From Azolla caroliniana (Eukaryota; Plantae; Polypodiophyta): a DNA stretch of 64,000 bases. Below are positions 51,301 to 64,000 of this stretch, piece by piece (the first letter of the stretch is position 1; each line of letters begins with the position of its first letter). The notes beneath the pieces were generated by a model. It did not search any database. It was given only the letters and a program-made list of their open reading frames with translations, and was not told the origin of the DNA. The translations under genes were made by a program, and so were the position numbers. The stretch covers positions 10,478,001-10,542,000 of the forward strand of contig JBHGNT010000003.1 of NCBI GenBank assembly GCA_043228905.1, read 5' to 3'.

Positions 51301-54300
51301 AAGGCCACAATGAGAGCGAGTGCTGGAAGAAGCGTGCCGATTTGGAGAGAACCGGATCCAGATCAGGTTCCGGACAGACCGACAAAGGAAATCGGCGGCG
51401 ATCGCACTACGCCGAAGGATCCGGAAAAGCCGGAAAAGGGTTAGTCTTCGTGACGAGACACGTAGCAAACTCGATGAAGAAGACCACCCCGAAGTCAGAC
51501 GAGGTGTGGTACATTGACTTCGGCGCGTCAAACCACATGACCTACCACGAGGAGTGGTTCTCATACCTTAAGAAACCGATGCAACCGGAGACGACACTCC
51601 GCATCCGATAGCGAATGTCAGTGAAGTTCCCTTGAACCATGTCAGGCAGAAAGGGAAACTTATGAACGTGTTACACGTCCCGACAATCACAAAGAATCTA
51701 GTGTCGGTCGGGCAGATCGTCGACTAGGGGATGCAAGTCCGGTTCACGCATCTTGGGTGCTTCATCGAAGAAGAAGGCCGAGTTATTGCGCAAGGGCGCA
51801 GAATCGGGAGGATGTTTATCCTCGACTCTAGTGACGGTGACACTACAATGTTCGCGAAAGGACAAAAAGTCGAGTCGGATATCGACTTATGGCACAAGCG
51901 AATAGGCCATGTCAACTATCAATGGCTTCAGGACCTGCAATCGAAACAGGTGGTGTTCGGATTGCCCAAATTTAATGGCCGGAAGGCGCAAATTTGTGAA
52001 GCCTGCCAGCTAGGGAAGCAACACCAACTTCTTTTCCCTAACAAGCGTAACCGGAGCCGGAACAAGCTCGACTTCATACATTCCGATGTATGGGGGTTGG
52101 CACAGAACGTTAGTCTTGGCGGGAGTCAATATTTCGTCTCCTTCATCGACGACTATATGCGGCAAACGTGGATCTGCCTCATCGAGAACAAGAGTGAAGT
52201 CTTCGACTGTTTCTGGGACCTCAAAGGGTTCGTGGAAACGGAAACAGGACGAAAGATCAAGTGCTTGCGGTCGGATGGTAGAAAAGAGTACTTTTCCGGT
52301 CAATTCAATGACTATCTGCAACAGATGGGAATTCAGCGCAAATTCAGTTGTAGATACATGCCGGAGCAAAACGGTGTGGCCGAGAGGAAGAACCGGTCAA
52401 TTGTAGAAGTGGCACGAGCAATGCTGGAGGAGAAGAGCTTGCCCAAGTTCTATTGGGCCGAGGTGGTACGAACCGTGGTGTACATTCAGAATCGGATCGG
52501 AGAAAAAGTGTCGGCGCATGAGCTGTATTTCGGAAGGAAGCCGAATATGCGACACTTGAGAGTTTTCGGTAGCATTGAGTATGTGCATGTGCCGAAGGAG
52601 AAACGGAGGAAGTTGGATGCAAAAGCTGAGAAGTGTATCTTGGTCGGCTATTCGGACGAGCAGAAGGGTTATAAGTGTTATAACCCTCGCACCAAACAAG
52701 CGTGCGTGAGCCGCGACGTTGCGTTTGACGAGTCCGCGTCCTGTTACTTGCCTCCGACTTCGGACCTCACCTCCAATCTGAGTTCTGACGATGAGGTCAG
52801 CGAGACCGAGATGCCTCCGGATGAGCCTGAAATCGGGACCTGCGAAGAGAGTCCGATCTTGTTTTGGTTAAGCGGACCAAATGGATGACTGAGTCGGTTC
52901 GACCAGTCCGATGAAGAGCCGGCGAGTAGTGGTGACTCGGCCATGCATTCCCCGTGCAGGAAGCCGAGGAGACGGCTTACGCGCAAGGAAAAAGGGAAGA
53001 AGAAGGTGTCGGATTACGACACGGATAGGAACAAGTCAGATCGACGCGAGTCCGACTCCGAGGAAAGCGGTGACACGAAGTCCGGGTCAGCCGAAAAAGC
53101 CTCGACATCGGCCAATGAGCAATTACGCCGATCTACCCGCCAGAAGAACCCTATTCTGCGGTTCGGTTACAACGAGTACATGGCGCATCACTATGCATAC
53201 ATGACGCGTGTAGCGGAAGTGCATGAGTCGGAGAGCTACGCAGAAGCGGCGAAGGGCACGAATTGGCGTGCCGCGATGGAGGAAGAGATGTGCGCATTGG
53301 CAAAGAATGAGACCTGGGACTTGGTTGATGCACCGAAGGGTGTGAAGCCGATCGGATGCAAGTGGGTGTACAAGGTCAGGTACAACACCGACGGCTCGGT
53401 CAACCGATACAAGGCCTGATTAGTAGCGAAAGGCTACACGCAGCAACACGGCATTGACTACAACGAGACCTTCGCGCCTGTCGCAAAGATGACTACCATG
53501 CGTGTTCTACTAGCCGTAGCAGCGGCAAAGGGGTGGCACTTACATCAAATGGATGTAAAGAATGTGTTCCTGCAAGGTGAGCTTGAGGGATAGGTGTACA
53601 TGGTATAGCCCCCCGGATTTCACTCCGGAACGAACACTTCGGCGGTATGCCGATTGAAGAAGTCCCTTTACGGACTAAAGCAAGACCCGCGTGCTTGGAA
53701 CACGAATATCACGCAATGATTGCGTCGGATGGGCTTTGCAACGTCAAAATCAGAATCCTCATTGTTCATCCGGAAAGGTCAACTCGGGCCGGTTAGCATT
53801 TTACTTTATGTTGATGACTTGGTCATCACCGGCACCGACCTAGGTGAGATTGACTGCGTGAAGCTCCAGCTTGCGGCATCATTTGACATGAAGGATCTGG
53901 GGGACCTTCATTACTTCCTCGGAATCGAAGTGATCCGCACCCCCGAAGGCACACCGAGTATGCTCTTCAAATTCAGGATGGCCGACTATAAGTTCGTCTC
54001 GACTCCTCTGGATAGAACCGTCAAGCTTCACCCCGATTCCGGAAAGGTATGCAACCCGACGAGGTTCCGACAGATAGTCAGAAGCCTTATATACTTGACC
54101 ATCACCAGACCAGATCTCAGCTACCCAGTCGAGGTGATTAGTCAGTTCATGGCGCGACCGACCGAGGAGCACCTTCAGTTCGCACAACACGTACTCCAAT
54201 ACGTCAGTGGCACTAAGGACCGGGGGCTACTATATCAGACCGATACTGCTGCGCAATTGGTCGGTTACACCGATGCTGATTGGGCCGGAAACGTTGGCAA

Positions 54301-57300
54301 TCGCCAATCCACGTCCGGTTTCACGTTCTCTTGGGAGTGTCATGATCGCCTAGAGTAGCAAGAAGTAGCCGACAGTTGCACTGTCGAGCACCGAAGCCGA
54401 GTATAGAGGAGCGGTTGTCGCAACATGCGAAGCCATATGGTTGAAGCGGCTACTTAAGGATCTGCAAGTGGAGGTACCCGATCCAATGATAATCTACTCT
54501 GACAACCTCAACAGCATCCAACTAGCAAAGAACCCCGTCTTCCATGCCCGAACTAAGCACGTTCAGGTGCACTACCATTTCGTCCGTGAGCATGTCCTCT
54601 CCGGTGAAGTCGAACTTCAGTATGTTCCGACGGATTGACAGACCATCGACATCTTCACTAAGCCTCTTGGTCTAGACAAGTTGTGACAATTCTCGGGTGC
54701 GCTTGGGTTGCGTCACCTCAACTTGCCGAACTTGAGGGGGAGAGACGTCCCGGATGACCATGGAAGGGAGCAGGAAAGGAGCGGAAAAGACCGTGACACC
54801 AAGTCGGATGACGAATTCGACTTCGGATTGGCTGAAGAAGCCGAGGGCGGATCCGCGGAAGAGTCTGAAAGCGGACATAAGGGGAGCAGCCGGAAGAAAG
54901 AGCCAAAGCCATCCAAGCATAGGGGAGATGAAGCCATCAAGGGCGAGAAGACCGAAGACGAGTTGTAGATAGCCAACTCGGACGTCAGCAAAAACCGATC
55001 GGAGGAAGTCGAGTCGGTTTGGATGTTTGATTCGGATACGTTGAATCAACCAAGGACCAAGCAGAAGAGAAGGCAGCAGAAGAGGCGCCGACACCGCAAC
55101 AGCAAGGAAGCTGAGAAGGGCCGTGTAAGCAAACAAGCCAACCGGAAGGGTCGAGGCGCACGGAATCGAACAAGTCGAAGAGCGTAAGCAAGGCGTGAAG
55201 CCAAAAGGAACAGGAGCGTAGATCTGGCAGAGCAGGTGGAACCTCAAGTTGAGCTTGAGGGGGAGTGTTGAGAGACAAGCTCAACATTTGTGCGTAATAC
55301 GATGCGTAACCCAATGCGTAGACTGGGTGCGTAAATCGGTACGCATAACATGGTCGTAATGGTGTGAAAACCGCGAGGCCGTTGGGAAGATATTCCTCAT
55401 AAGGAATAATTTTGGGAGTTAGTGTAGTAGGCTCATTTATGAGCGATCAAGTAATGTCAGCCCTATTGTCAGGGCTTGTATAAAAGGTGCTCACTGAGCA
55501 CGGTGTATGTACAGATTGAGTATTATTTTGAATTGATTTTTAGTGTGTTCTCTCTCTCTGTCTCTCCCACGTACTGTGTATATTCAAGCTCTCCATTAAA
55601 CCTGCGTATTTTCTGTGTTCGGTTTTCTATTGCTTCCGCACATAATCTTTTTCAACACAGCAAGGGCAATGTTGGATGGGAGAAAAGCACGCCCAAGTTC
55701 TACTGGGCTGAGGTGGTCCGGACGGCCATCTACATCCAAAACCCGATCGGAGATAAGGTGTCAGCACATGAGCTGTATTTTGGGCGGTTCGAGTAAGTCG
55801 AGATGTCGAGTTTGATGAGTTGGCATCATGGTACTCTCTACCAACTCTAATTACTGACGAGGACCCGATTCCAGAGGATGAGGCTAGTGAACCCAAAGAG
55901 GTTCAGGTAGAAGATGAGGAATTATATACTCTAGAAGAGAGTCTGATCTCGGTTCGGTTGAGCGGGCCAAACCATGGACTGAGTCAGAATGACCAATCGG
56001 ATGAAGAACCGGCGAGTATTGGAGACTCTACCGTACTCTCCCCGCGCAAGGAACCGAGGAGACGGTTCACGCGCAAAGAGAAGGGGAAGAAGAAGATGGC
56101 GGGATATGACACCGGCAGTGAAGGGTCAGATTAGAGTGAATCTATCTCGGGAAAGGATGAAGGCAGACCTTCAGAAACGAAGCCTAAACCGGCCAAGAAG
56201 GGCCTCAAACCGGGTGCCGAAAATTTGCGCCAGTCAACCCACCAAAAGATCCCCATAAAACGGTACGAATACAATGAGTACATGGTGCATCACTATGCGT
56301 ACATGACCAAGGTGGCGGAAGTGCATGAGCCAGAGAGCTACGCAGAAGCAACGAAAGACGCAAATTGGCGTGCTGCTATGGAGGAAGAAATGCCTGCACT
56401 CGATGCCAATGACACATGGGACCTAGTTGACCCTCCCTGTCATTGTAAATCGATCGGTTGTAAGTGGGTATATAAGGTAAAGTACAATGCCGACGCTTCG
56501 GTCAACTGGTACAAGGCCCAATTAGTGGTGAAAGGATACACACAGACCTAGGGAATTGACTATGATGAGACCTTTGCTCTAGTAGCGAAGATGACGATGG
56601 TTCATGTGGTACTAGCTATTGTTGTGGAAAGGGGATGACATCTTCACCAAATGGACATGAAGAATGTGTTTCTTCAAGGTGACCTTGAAGAACGGGTTAA
56701 TATGATCCAACCCCCCGGTTTTCAATCGGAGCTAAACAAGTCGGCGGTGTGCCAACTCAAAAAGTCACTTTATAGTCTAAAGCAAGCCCCCTGAGCTTGG
56801 AATGCGAAAATCACGCAATGGTTGCATAAGATGGGGTTTGTGGCATCAAATTCTGACTCTTCGTTGTTCATTTGGAAAGGTCTGAACGGTTCGGTTAGTA
56901 TCCTACTATATGTAGATGATCTAGTCATCATCAGACCCGGACTCGATGAAATCGACCGAGTGAAGTCCCAGTTATCGGATGCATTTGAAATGAAGGACCT
57001 GGGGGACCTTCATTATTTTCTTGGGATCAAGGTGATCCGGACCCCTGACGGCGTATTGCTCTCACAATGCCATTATGTGTTGAATATGTTGTACAAGTTC
57101 AGCATGATGGAATGCCGACCAATCTCTGCACCCCTGGATCGGAACCTGAAGCTACGTCCCGACTCCGGACATGGTCCGATGTTGTGAAAAGCCTGAAAAC
57201 AGAAGACGAGTTGGAGACTACCAACTCGGACAAGAGCTGGAATGAATCGGAGATAGCCTATTCGATTCAACAGTTGGATTCGGATGATCCGGATCAACTA

Positions 57301-57641
57301 AAGGTCAAGCGGACGAGAAGGCAGCGGAAGTTGATGCCAACACGGAGGAACCAGCCGGTCGACAAGCGTTGGAGTCATGACAGTGAGGAAGATGAGAAGG
57401 GCCTATTGCGCAAACATGTCGACCAAGAAGGTCGAGGAGCAAAGAACTGGACGGGTCGTGGAAGGAAGAACCAGACCGGACGAGGAGCGCAAGCGAGGAG
57501 GAGGACACTAGAAGGAGTCGGACGGAAGAACCGGCTACCATAGAAACTGACACCACGATCCAACCTCAAGTTGAGCTTGAGGGGGAGTGTTGAGAAAGCA
57601 AGCTCAACCGGATCCAGATCAGTGTCCAGATGATATCCGGA
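48397..57641 (+). mobile_element. D3: older divergent family-D copia relic (48397-50010 and 55660-57641); host of B2 and D2
   Basis: Gag resumes at RKLQLQQEL right after the B2 LTR. Integrase reads VDA/ARAML across D2. RT fragments are present; PPT and LTR start at 57588, truncated at ~57641. Confidence 0.87.
50011..55654 (+). mobile_element. D2: full-length decayed Ty1/copia element nested in D3
   Basis: LTRs 50011-50411 and 55266-55654; TSD ACGCA/ACACA (one CpG transition); PBS TGGTATCAGAGC; order gag-PR-INT-RT (LLYVDDL)-RH; PPT TTGAGGGGGAG. Confidence 0.95.
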
Positions 57642-59226
57642 ACCAAGATCTCATATTGTCTGAAAGCCAACTTCTCCCCGGAGAAGGTAAGTTGAGCGCC
57701 CTGAAGCCTCTGCAATATCTTCTCACAGTCGGAGATGTGGTCCACGACAAACTTCCGACATCCGTCCACTCTGATCGATCCGTCCTTCGCATCCTCCGGA
57801 CATCCCTTGATCGGGATGTCGTCCAAAAATGGCATGGTGATGTCCAACATGTAGTTCCACAATACTTTGTTCATTGCGTTCACCATGTGTGCCACCGAAT
57901 TTGTTCCACCTTGTGGTAGGGTACACATCCGAACTAGGTCGAGAGGGGTTTGCATCATTGTGATATTCCTACTTTTCATGGCTAGCTAGAAATGGTCATA
58001 CCCAGACCGGAGTATAGGTCCTCGACCGAGTAGATTGACCTTCCGGCAAAGGCCTCCGCAAACTCATCAATGGTCGGTCCTACACCTACATTTCGAATGG
58101 TCACCTTGTTGACTGGATGTAGGTCTTGAATGAAGCGCAATGTGTTGTTCTTCTTCGGCACCGTAAACCACCGATTCGAATAAGGGGCACTCGACAGTTC
58201 AAGAATCCCCATCCGCACTTTGTCCTTGACCAGCTCCGCCTAGTCGAGGGTACTCGTGCCCTCTCGAGTGTTCACAAGATGGTAAACAACCATTGCCATT
58301 GCTTCAGCGATTTCACTTCCTCTCATCTTGGACTCCCCTGCCACCCCGTTCACGTCTAGTTCACCAAAGATGTCGCAGAATCCACGGGTATCTGTTGGAA
58401 TGGGGCGTCACCACTAGGGACTAGGACCAAGGAGCCGATGAGAAAGGAAGGTTATCCGGTCCGGTTTCTGGGTAACTTCGTCGGGTCATTTTCTAGGCAC
58501 GTTTCAGATCCGGATCGAATCCCAGATGTCTGACGGTGATCCCACGAGCACCAAGATGTATACCGCTCTAGAACGGTTGCTAGATAGCGGCGGAGAGCTC
58601 ACAGACTCACGTACCCAGATACGCACCCTCGAACGAAAACAGAGTAGAGACAAGGACACGGGGATGCACAACACACTGAAAGACTCAATGAACTAATGAT
58701 TAGTAGAGAAAGAAGAAGAGATTACAATCAGACGCAGTGGCAAAAGAGAGTCGAGCTCACTACACTCACACACTCAGGCGCTAGAGAGCCTCCAATTGGG
58801 AGCACACAGGCTACCAATCCGAAACGGAGGCCTCGCAGCATGACCAGAAACTGAAACAGGGAATGAGAGAAAACGAAAGTCTCTGGAGCTCGGTCGGAAA
58901 ACACTTTGTTCTCCAAAATGTGGATCCCTTTCTCAGTCTTTTCTCCCTCCTTTTATAGCTCAAGGAGGGAGAGACCGTTACATCTTGCTCTTTAAGGTAG
59001 CTGATTCGGTCAACGATTCCCCTCAGTTTCCTCCCTACACACGCTTTATTCTTCTCTTTTCGAGGGGCATTAAAGTACCCATCAAAATCCTATTCACTAG
59101 TACTTCCTAGTCCTCTGCTATTTATACATACTTGTACATGAATACACCTTTGTGTCTGTCCCTGCACTCCCTCGTTCTTGCACTCTCCGACCCCTTTTCT
59201 CCTAGTAGCCAGAATTCCCCCTGACA
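57642..59226 (-). mobile_element. B3: internally deleted family-B gypsy fragment (probable LTR 58557-59226, gag start, RT fragment)
   Basis: RT PFLDDIPIKG is closely related to B1 18715-19285. TG..CA-bounded segment followed on minus by PBS-like TGGTGCTCGTGG; only one LTR copy, so its limits are inferred. Confidence 0.75.
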
Positions 59227-59720
59227 TCGGGAGACAAAGTCCAAAGTCAAACAAGGAAAAGGCTGAGATGACAAAGTTACCCTATGCCTCTATAGTCAGA
59301 AGCCTAATGAACATGATGGTTTGTACCAGACCAAACATCAGATATGTTGTCAGAGTTGTCAGCCGATTCATGAGCAATCCAGATAGACAAGATTGGGCAA
59401 CAATGACGTGGATACTTCGGCTACATGTCGACTGATGTAGACACCAAACGGTCCACATCGGGGTATGTAATGACTTATGTTGGCGAGCCATCTCGTGGCA
59501 GTTGAGGCTAAAAAAGGCCTTCGCATTGTTGAGCACGGAAGCTGAGTATATGGTTGCTCCAGAAACCCTAAACCCTAATCTTCATGAAGGAGTTCATCAG
59601 AGAGTTGGGGATTCGGCAAGAAGAATTCCAACTCTACTGTGACAACCAAAGTGCCATCCATCTTGCGAAGAATGCTAGCTACCATTTAGAGGACTACGCA
59701 CATCCAACAGAGATACCATT

Positions 59721-60141
59721 TGTTACGGGCATGACCATATAATATCTCGTGGTGAGAATTTACCGTAGTATTCTATACACATGGATAAGTGTGAGGGTTA
59801 AATGAGAGTGTAAAGAAGGGGACGATTACTTTTAATCCTCGAGATTGAGACAACCCATTAGGCCAAATGTGAACTTGCCTAGAGGCCTTGGGTCTCACTA
59901 TAAATATGAGGCCTAGATACCCTCATTTCATCATCTCTTGACTATGTTGAGACTCTATTTCGTGGTGGATCACCTCTTGTAGCGAGTGTGCCACGGTGGT
60001 ATGGGACGCCGATCGAGGCTTGAGTCCATCTCCATCCCTGCGCTCGGGGGTGGTCGGGTGGATCGACGCCCTTCTTTCTCTCTCTTATTTCATATATCTT
60101 ATATCCTTATCATATGCTTACATTAGATCATAACTCTAACA
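59721..60141 (+). mobile_element. Family-A solo LTR
   Basis: TGTTACGGGC...CTCTAACA flanked by TSD CCATT (59716-59720 and 60142-60146). Confidence 0.93.
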
Positions 60142-60247
60142 CCATTTTCTTAGAGAGAGGGTAGAGGAAAAGGAATTTGATATAGTGAAGGTGCACACAA
60201 CAGACAACAGGTCAAGCATGTTGACGAAGGTGTTGTTGACAGAAAGG

Positions 60248-61045
60248 AATCGCGGAATAATCTCCGGCAACAACCGAAGGGTAAATCACTTGATACAATC
60301 AAACACAGAAGAAATGGGAATGAAGGTAAGTGAACGAACAAACAAAAGAGAATACACAGGATATTAACGTGGAAAACCCTGAGAGGGAAAAACCACGAGA
60401 ATCCACAAACTCCAAACTATCACTATGTAAAGTAATACAATAGGGAGCACAGAGGCAACGACCTCTTGCTCACAATCATTGACTCGCGGTGGTTACAACA
60501 GAGACACAATCTCTGTGTGTCACTCTCTCTCTCTCTCTCTCTTGCGCACTGTATAGAGGTTACACCAACAACACTCACATCATCATCCTATTAAGTTTGC
60601 CCTAGGTCATATTTATACTAATATGACTTTCGGGCTATTTACAAATATAGCCCCAATGGGCTCTCTGGAACATATTTACATATATGTCCCTTCCATCCAA
60701 TGAGAGGTTCTCACCGGGCCTGCAACATCCGGTTCTCACCGGGTCTTCCATTGTCGGGTATTCGTCATCCGGTTCTCACCAGGTCTTCCGTTGTCGGGTA
60801 CTCGTCATCCGGTTCTCACCAGGTCTTCCGTTGCCAGGTACTCCACATCTGGTTCTCACCGGGTCTTTCGTTGCTGGGTACTCCACATCCGGTTCTCATC
60901 GGGTCTTCCGTTGTTGGGTACTCCACATCCGGTTCTCACCGGGTCTTCCGTTTCCGGGTACTCCACATCCGGATTCGGCCTCGGCCGAGTTGCTCATCAA
61001 CGTTGTTCTTCTCACTTCCCATCCGGAGGGACCTGTTTCCTAACA
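60248..61045 (-). mobile_element. Family-E LTR fragment, inverted, one end missing
   Basis: Ends in GGACCTGTTTCCTAACA, the reverse complement of the E LTR start. The left end is not TG and there is no short TSD. Confidence 0.8.
60726..60972. repeat. 40-bp tandem array (~6 units) inside the E LTR
   Basis: Unit CATCCGGTTCTCACCGGGTCTTCCGTTGTCGGGTACTC(GT/CA); related array at ~61809-62020. Confidence 0.92.
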
Positions 61046-61413
61046 AATCATAACTCTAACACCATTTTCTTAGAGAGAGGGTAGAAAAAAAGGAATTTGA
61101 TCTAGTGAAGGTGCACACAACAGACAACGGGTTGGGCATGTTGACGAAGGTGTTGTCGACGGAAAGGGTGGACAGGTGTCGGTGTCGGTGTCAGGTCGGG
61201 TTCATGAAACACCCCATGCCAGAGTGAAGGGGGATTTTGTTGGGAAACAACGTCCCTCTAGATGGAAGGAGAACATGAGCCGGATCAATTGGATCCGAGG
61301 GAGAAGAAAGGCCGGACCCGGATGCGGATCAGTGTCTTGATAAGCATCCGGTGACAGGAATGCACGCTCCCTTTGCACCACACTCGGCCACAACCGAGTC
61401 TAAAATCGAAACA

Positions 61414-62106
61414 CAGAAAAAACGGATACTGAATGCACGACACAATGGAGAGAAGAGAACATAGGATGTTAACGTGGAAAACCCAAACTAGGGAAAAACC
61501 ACAGCAGCCCACAGACTGCAAACTATCACTATGTCAGAATGTACAAAATGGTTAAGCACCGAAGCAACGACCTCGATCTTTCTATCTTCGCCACAGGCGG
61601 TGGTTACAACAGAGGCAACGACCTCTTCCTCTCTCTCACTCTCTCTGTACACAGTTGCGCGCTCTAATCTTGCGCCAACAAGAATGACAACCACACACAT
61701 GTATATTCTCTGTTTGCCCTAAGTCATATTTATACTAATATGACTTTTCGGCTATTTACAAATATAGCCCCCATGGACTCTCAGAAACATATTTACAAAT
61801 ATGTCCCTTCATCCGGTGAGCACTTCTCACCGGGCCTGCATCATTCGGCGCTTGCCGGGTACACTTCATCCGGTTCTCACCAGGTCTTCCGTTGTCGGGT
61901 ACTCCACATCCAGTTCTCACTGGGTCCTCCGTAGCCGGGTACTCGTCATCCAGCGCTTGCCGGGTACACCACATCCAGTTCTCACTGGGTCTTCCGTAGC
62001 CGGGTACTCCACATCCGGTTTCGGCCGAGGCCTATCGGCCTCGACCGAGTTTACTCATCAATATTGTTCTTCTCACTTCCCATCCGGAGGGACCTGTTTC
62101 CTAACA
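61414..62106 (-). mobile_element. Second inverted family-E LTR fragment, inside the E1 3' LTR
   Basis: Homologous to 60300-61045; ends in GTTTCCTAACA at 62106; left boundary approximate. Confidence 0.78.
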
Positions 62107-62512
62107 TCCGGAGAAGGTCACATATGTAAATAGGTTTTGTACTATGCTTGTTTAGGCCATATTTGTAAATAACCTCAAAGTTATATAAGTATAAATATAA
62201 CTAGGGCAAAACTATGTGTAATAGAGTCCATTGTGTAAGTGTAGAGTGTTCTTGACTGTGTAACTGTGAGATAGCGTGAGAGAGAGTGTGTGTTGTTGCA
62301 TCTCTGTTGTAGTCGCCATTAGCGAAGAAGATGAGCTCGAGGTTGTTGCTTGCGGGTCTCCTTGTATTTCCTCTTTCATAGTGAAACAGTTCGGAGTTTG
62401 GGGACTCCCGTGGTTTTTCCCTATTAGGGTTTTCACGTAAATTATTTTGTATCTCTATAATTCGGAATATGTGTTTCTGTATTATGTTTTTTGTCGATTA
62501 AATCTTTCCACA

Positions 62513-62937
62513 TCTTGTATGTGAATCTAGAACACTGTTTTGACATCCAACTGTTCGATCTCCAAATCCATCCTAGCAGCTATGCTCAGAACAGTTCGGA
62601 TGGATGTCATTTTCACGACTGGTGTGAATATCTCGTCAAAGTCGACACCCTTCTTCTGTTGAAACCCCTTTACCACTATGTGGGCTTTATATTTGGGTCT
62701 ACTGTCAAGTTCTCTAGTCTTCACTTTGTAGACCCACTTGTATCTAAGTGCTCTCTTACCTTTTGGTAGCTCCACCAAGTCATAAGTATAATCTTTGTGC
62801 ACTCAACTATTTCTCTTTATGCTCATTAGCTATGGCCTCTTCACAGCACTTAGGCTCACCTTCATTAGTCAAGAGAATGTATTGACTGGCATATGCAGTC
62901 AGTGTTTTCCTTTCTGTGAGTGGGTATGTCATTTCTC
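62513..62937 (-). pseudogene. Copia RT N-terminal fragment
   Basis: YILLTNEGEP, YDLVELPKGKRALRYKWVYKVK, KGVDFDEIFTPVVKMTSIR, EQLDVKTVF. Confidence 0.88.
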
Positions 62938-63803
62938 TGTTAGAGTTATGTTCTAAAGTAAGCATATGATAAGGATAACAAAGATAGATTAATAAGAAAG
63001 GAGAGAGAGAGAACGAAGGGTGCCGATCCACCCGACCACCCCCGAAGAGATGATGAAATAAGGGTGGCTAGGCCTCATATTTATAGCCAAACACAGGCCC
63101 TCAAGCAAGTTCGCAATTGGCCTAATGGGTTGTCTCAATCCCGAGGATTAAAAGTAATCATCCCCTTCTTTACACTCTCATTTAACCCTCACACTTTATC
63201 CACATGTATAGAATACTACGGGTTCACATGGGATATTATATGGTCATGCCCGTAACATACTCCCCCCCTCTTTAAAACATTGTACTCTTGCAATGGAAAG
63301 TTAGGGAAGTTAATTCTAAGAGTATTTTCGCGTTCCCATGTGGCATCTTTGATAGATTTTTCCATCCATTTAATTTTAAATTCTCCATGTGGAAAATATT
63401 TTGTTTTAACATCGAGAATTCTTTCTAGTACATGTGGTTTAGAAGATAATTCTTCAGACGTAACCAGAGTTTCAGTTGTCATTGTATTGTCCCCAAAACC
63501 AAGAAGTTCTTTTAGATGACTTACATGAAAAACTGGATGGATTTCAACACAATTAGGAAGAGCGAGATGATAGACTAATGAACCAATGCGTTTGAGGAAT
63601 ATAAAAGGTCCACAAAACCGTGGGGCTAACTTACCGCACTTACCCCTAGACAACGTCTTAGAATTGTGAGGTAGACGTAAAAATACTTTCTATCCAAGGT
63701 TGAATACACGAGGTTGCCTATTATGATTGGCATAAAAACGCGCTATATCTTGAGTTGTTTTTATATAATTCTCTCATGCAATCTGCAACATATCTTGCAT
63801 ATC
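62938..63803 (-). mobile_element. A3: 3' end of a family-A chromovirus (LTR 62938-63257 with internal deletion, PPT, integrase end and chromodomain)
   Basis: Homologous to 10050-11029 and 37036-38040; motifs KLAPRFCGPF and KIKW..DATWE. Confidence 0.9.
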
Positions 63804-64000
63804 GGATATGCTGACGAATGTGTTGTTAGCCGAAAAGCTAAACGTGTGTCGATAGAGAGCCGGTTTGGTGAAGTACCCCATCTCAGAGTGAAGGGGGAGT
63901 TTGTTGGGAAACAGGTCCCTCCGGATGGGAAGAGAAGTGACAAGAACTACGCACTCCTGATGAACAATGCTCGGCCACAACCAAGCTTAGAATCAAACAC
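63804..64000 (+). mobile_element. Family-E copia RNase H end, PPT and start of a 3' LTR (63902), running off the window
   Basis: DMLTNVL..KL; PPT AGAGTGAAGGGGGAG then TGTTGGGAAACAGGTCCCTCCGGATGGG. Confidence 0.82.

Larger units (their letters stand above)
59227..62512 (+). mobile_element. E1: 3' part of a Tork/Tnt1-like copia (RT end, RNase H, PPT, 3' LTR 61238-62512) with three insertions
   Basis: KLPYASIVRSLMNMMVCTRP, STEAEY, YCDNQSAIHLAKN, KVHTTDN..MLTK; PPT AGAGTGAAGGGGGA then TGTTGGGAAAC. Confidence 0.8.

Noticed and set aside
60684-61084. ORFs open in all three plus-strand frames
   Set aside because: An artefact of the stop-free 40-bp tandem array.

Overview
Land-plant nuclear DNA; a fern or other seed-free plant is plausible but is only an inference from the retroelement types. 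The first ~8 kb holds a complete 9-exon class II CPD photolyase gene (PHR1/UVR2, minus strand, 556 aa), a tRNA-Arg(UCU) gene and three local duplications. From 8091 to the end is a block of nested LTR retrotransposons from five family groups: A, chromodomain Ty3/gypsy; B, Phygy-like Ty3/gypsy (tRNA-Trp-primed in B1 and B2); C, non-chromovirus Ty3/gypsy with an extra ORF; D, Ty1/copia with a C-terminal tail; E, Tork/Tnt1-like copia. Target-site duplications resolve four nesting levels: C0 > A1 > B1 > (D1, C1). The best candidate for a new system is the very young element C1 (19624-29495, LTRs differ at 1 of 421 nt by eye). It carries an intact ~1000-codon accessory ORF with a PMD-like domain, NLS-like motifs and a long coiled coil but no transmembrane segment. 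The ORF has its own conserved upstream cassette and a diverged homolog in the same window. Other notable signals: a copia with a duplicated PPT and a charged tail, a 4-bp TSD, tRNA-like motifs in an LTR, a covarying hairpin array in a retroelement leader, and double-strand-break repair scars. All alignments and counts were made by eye.
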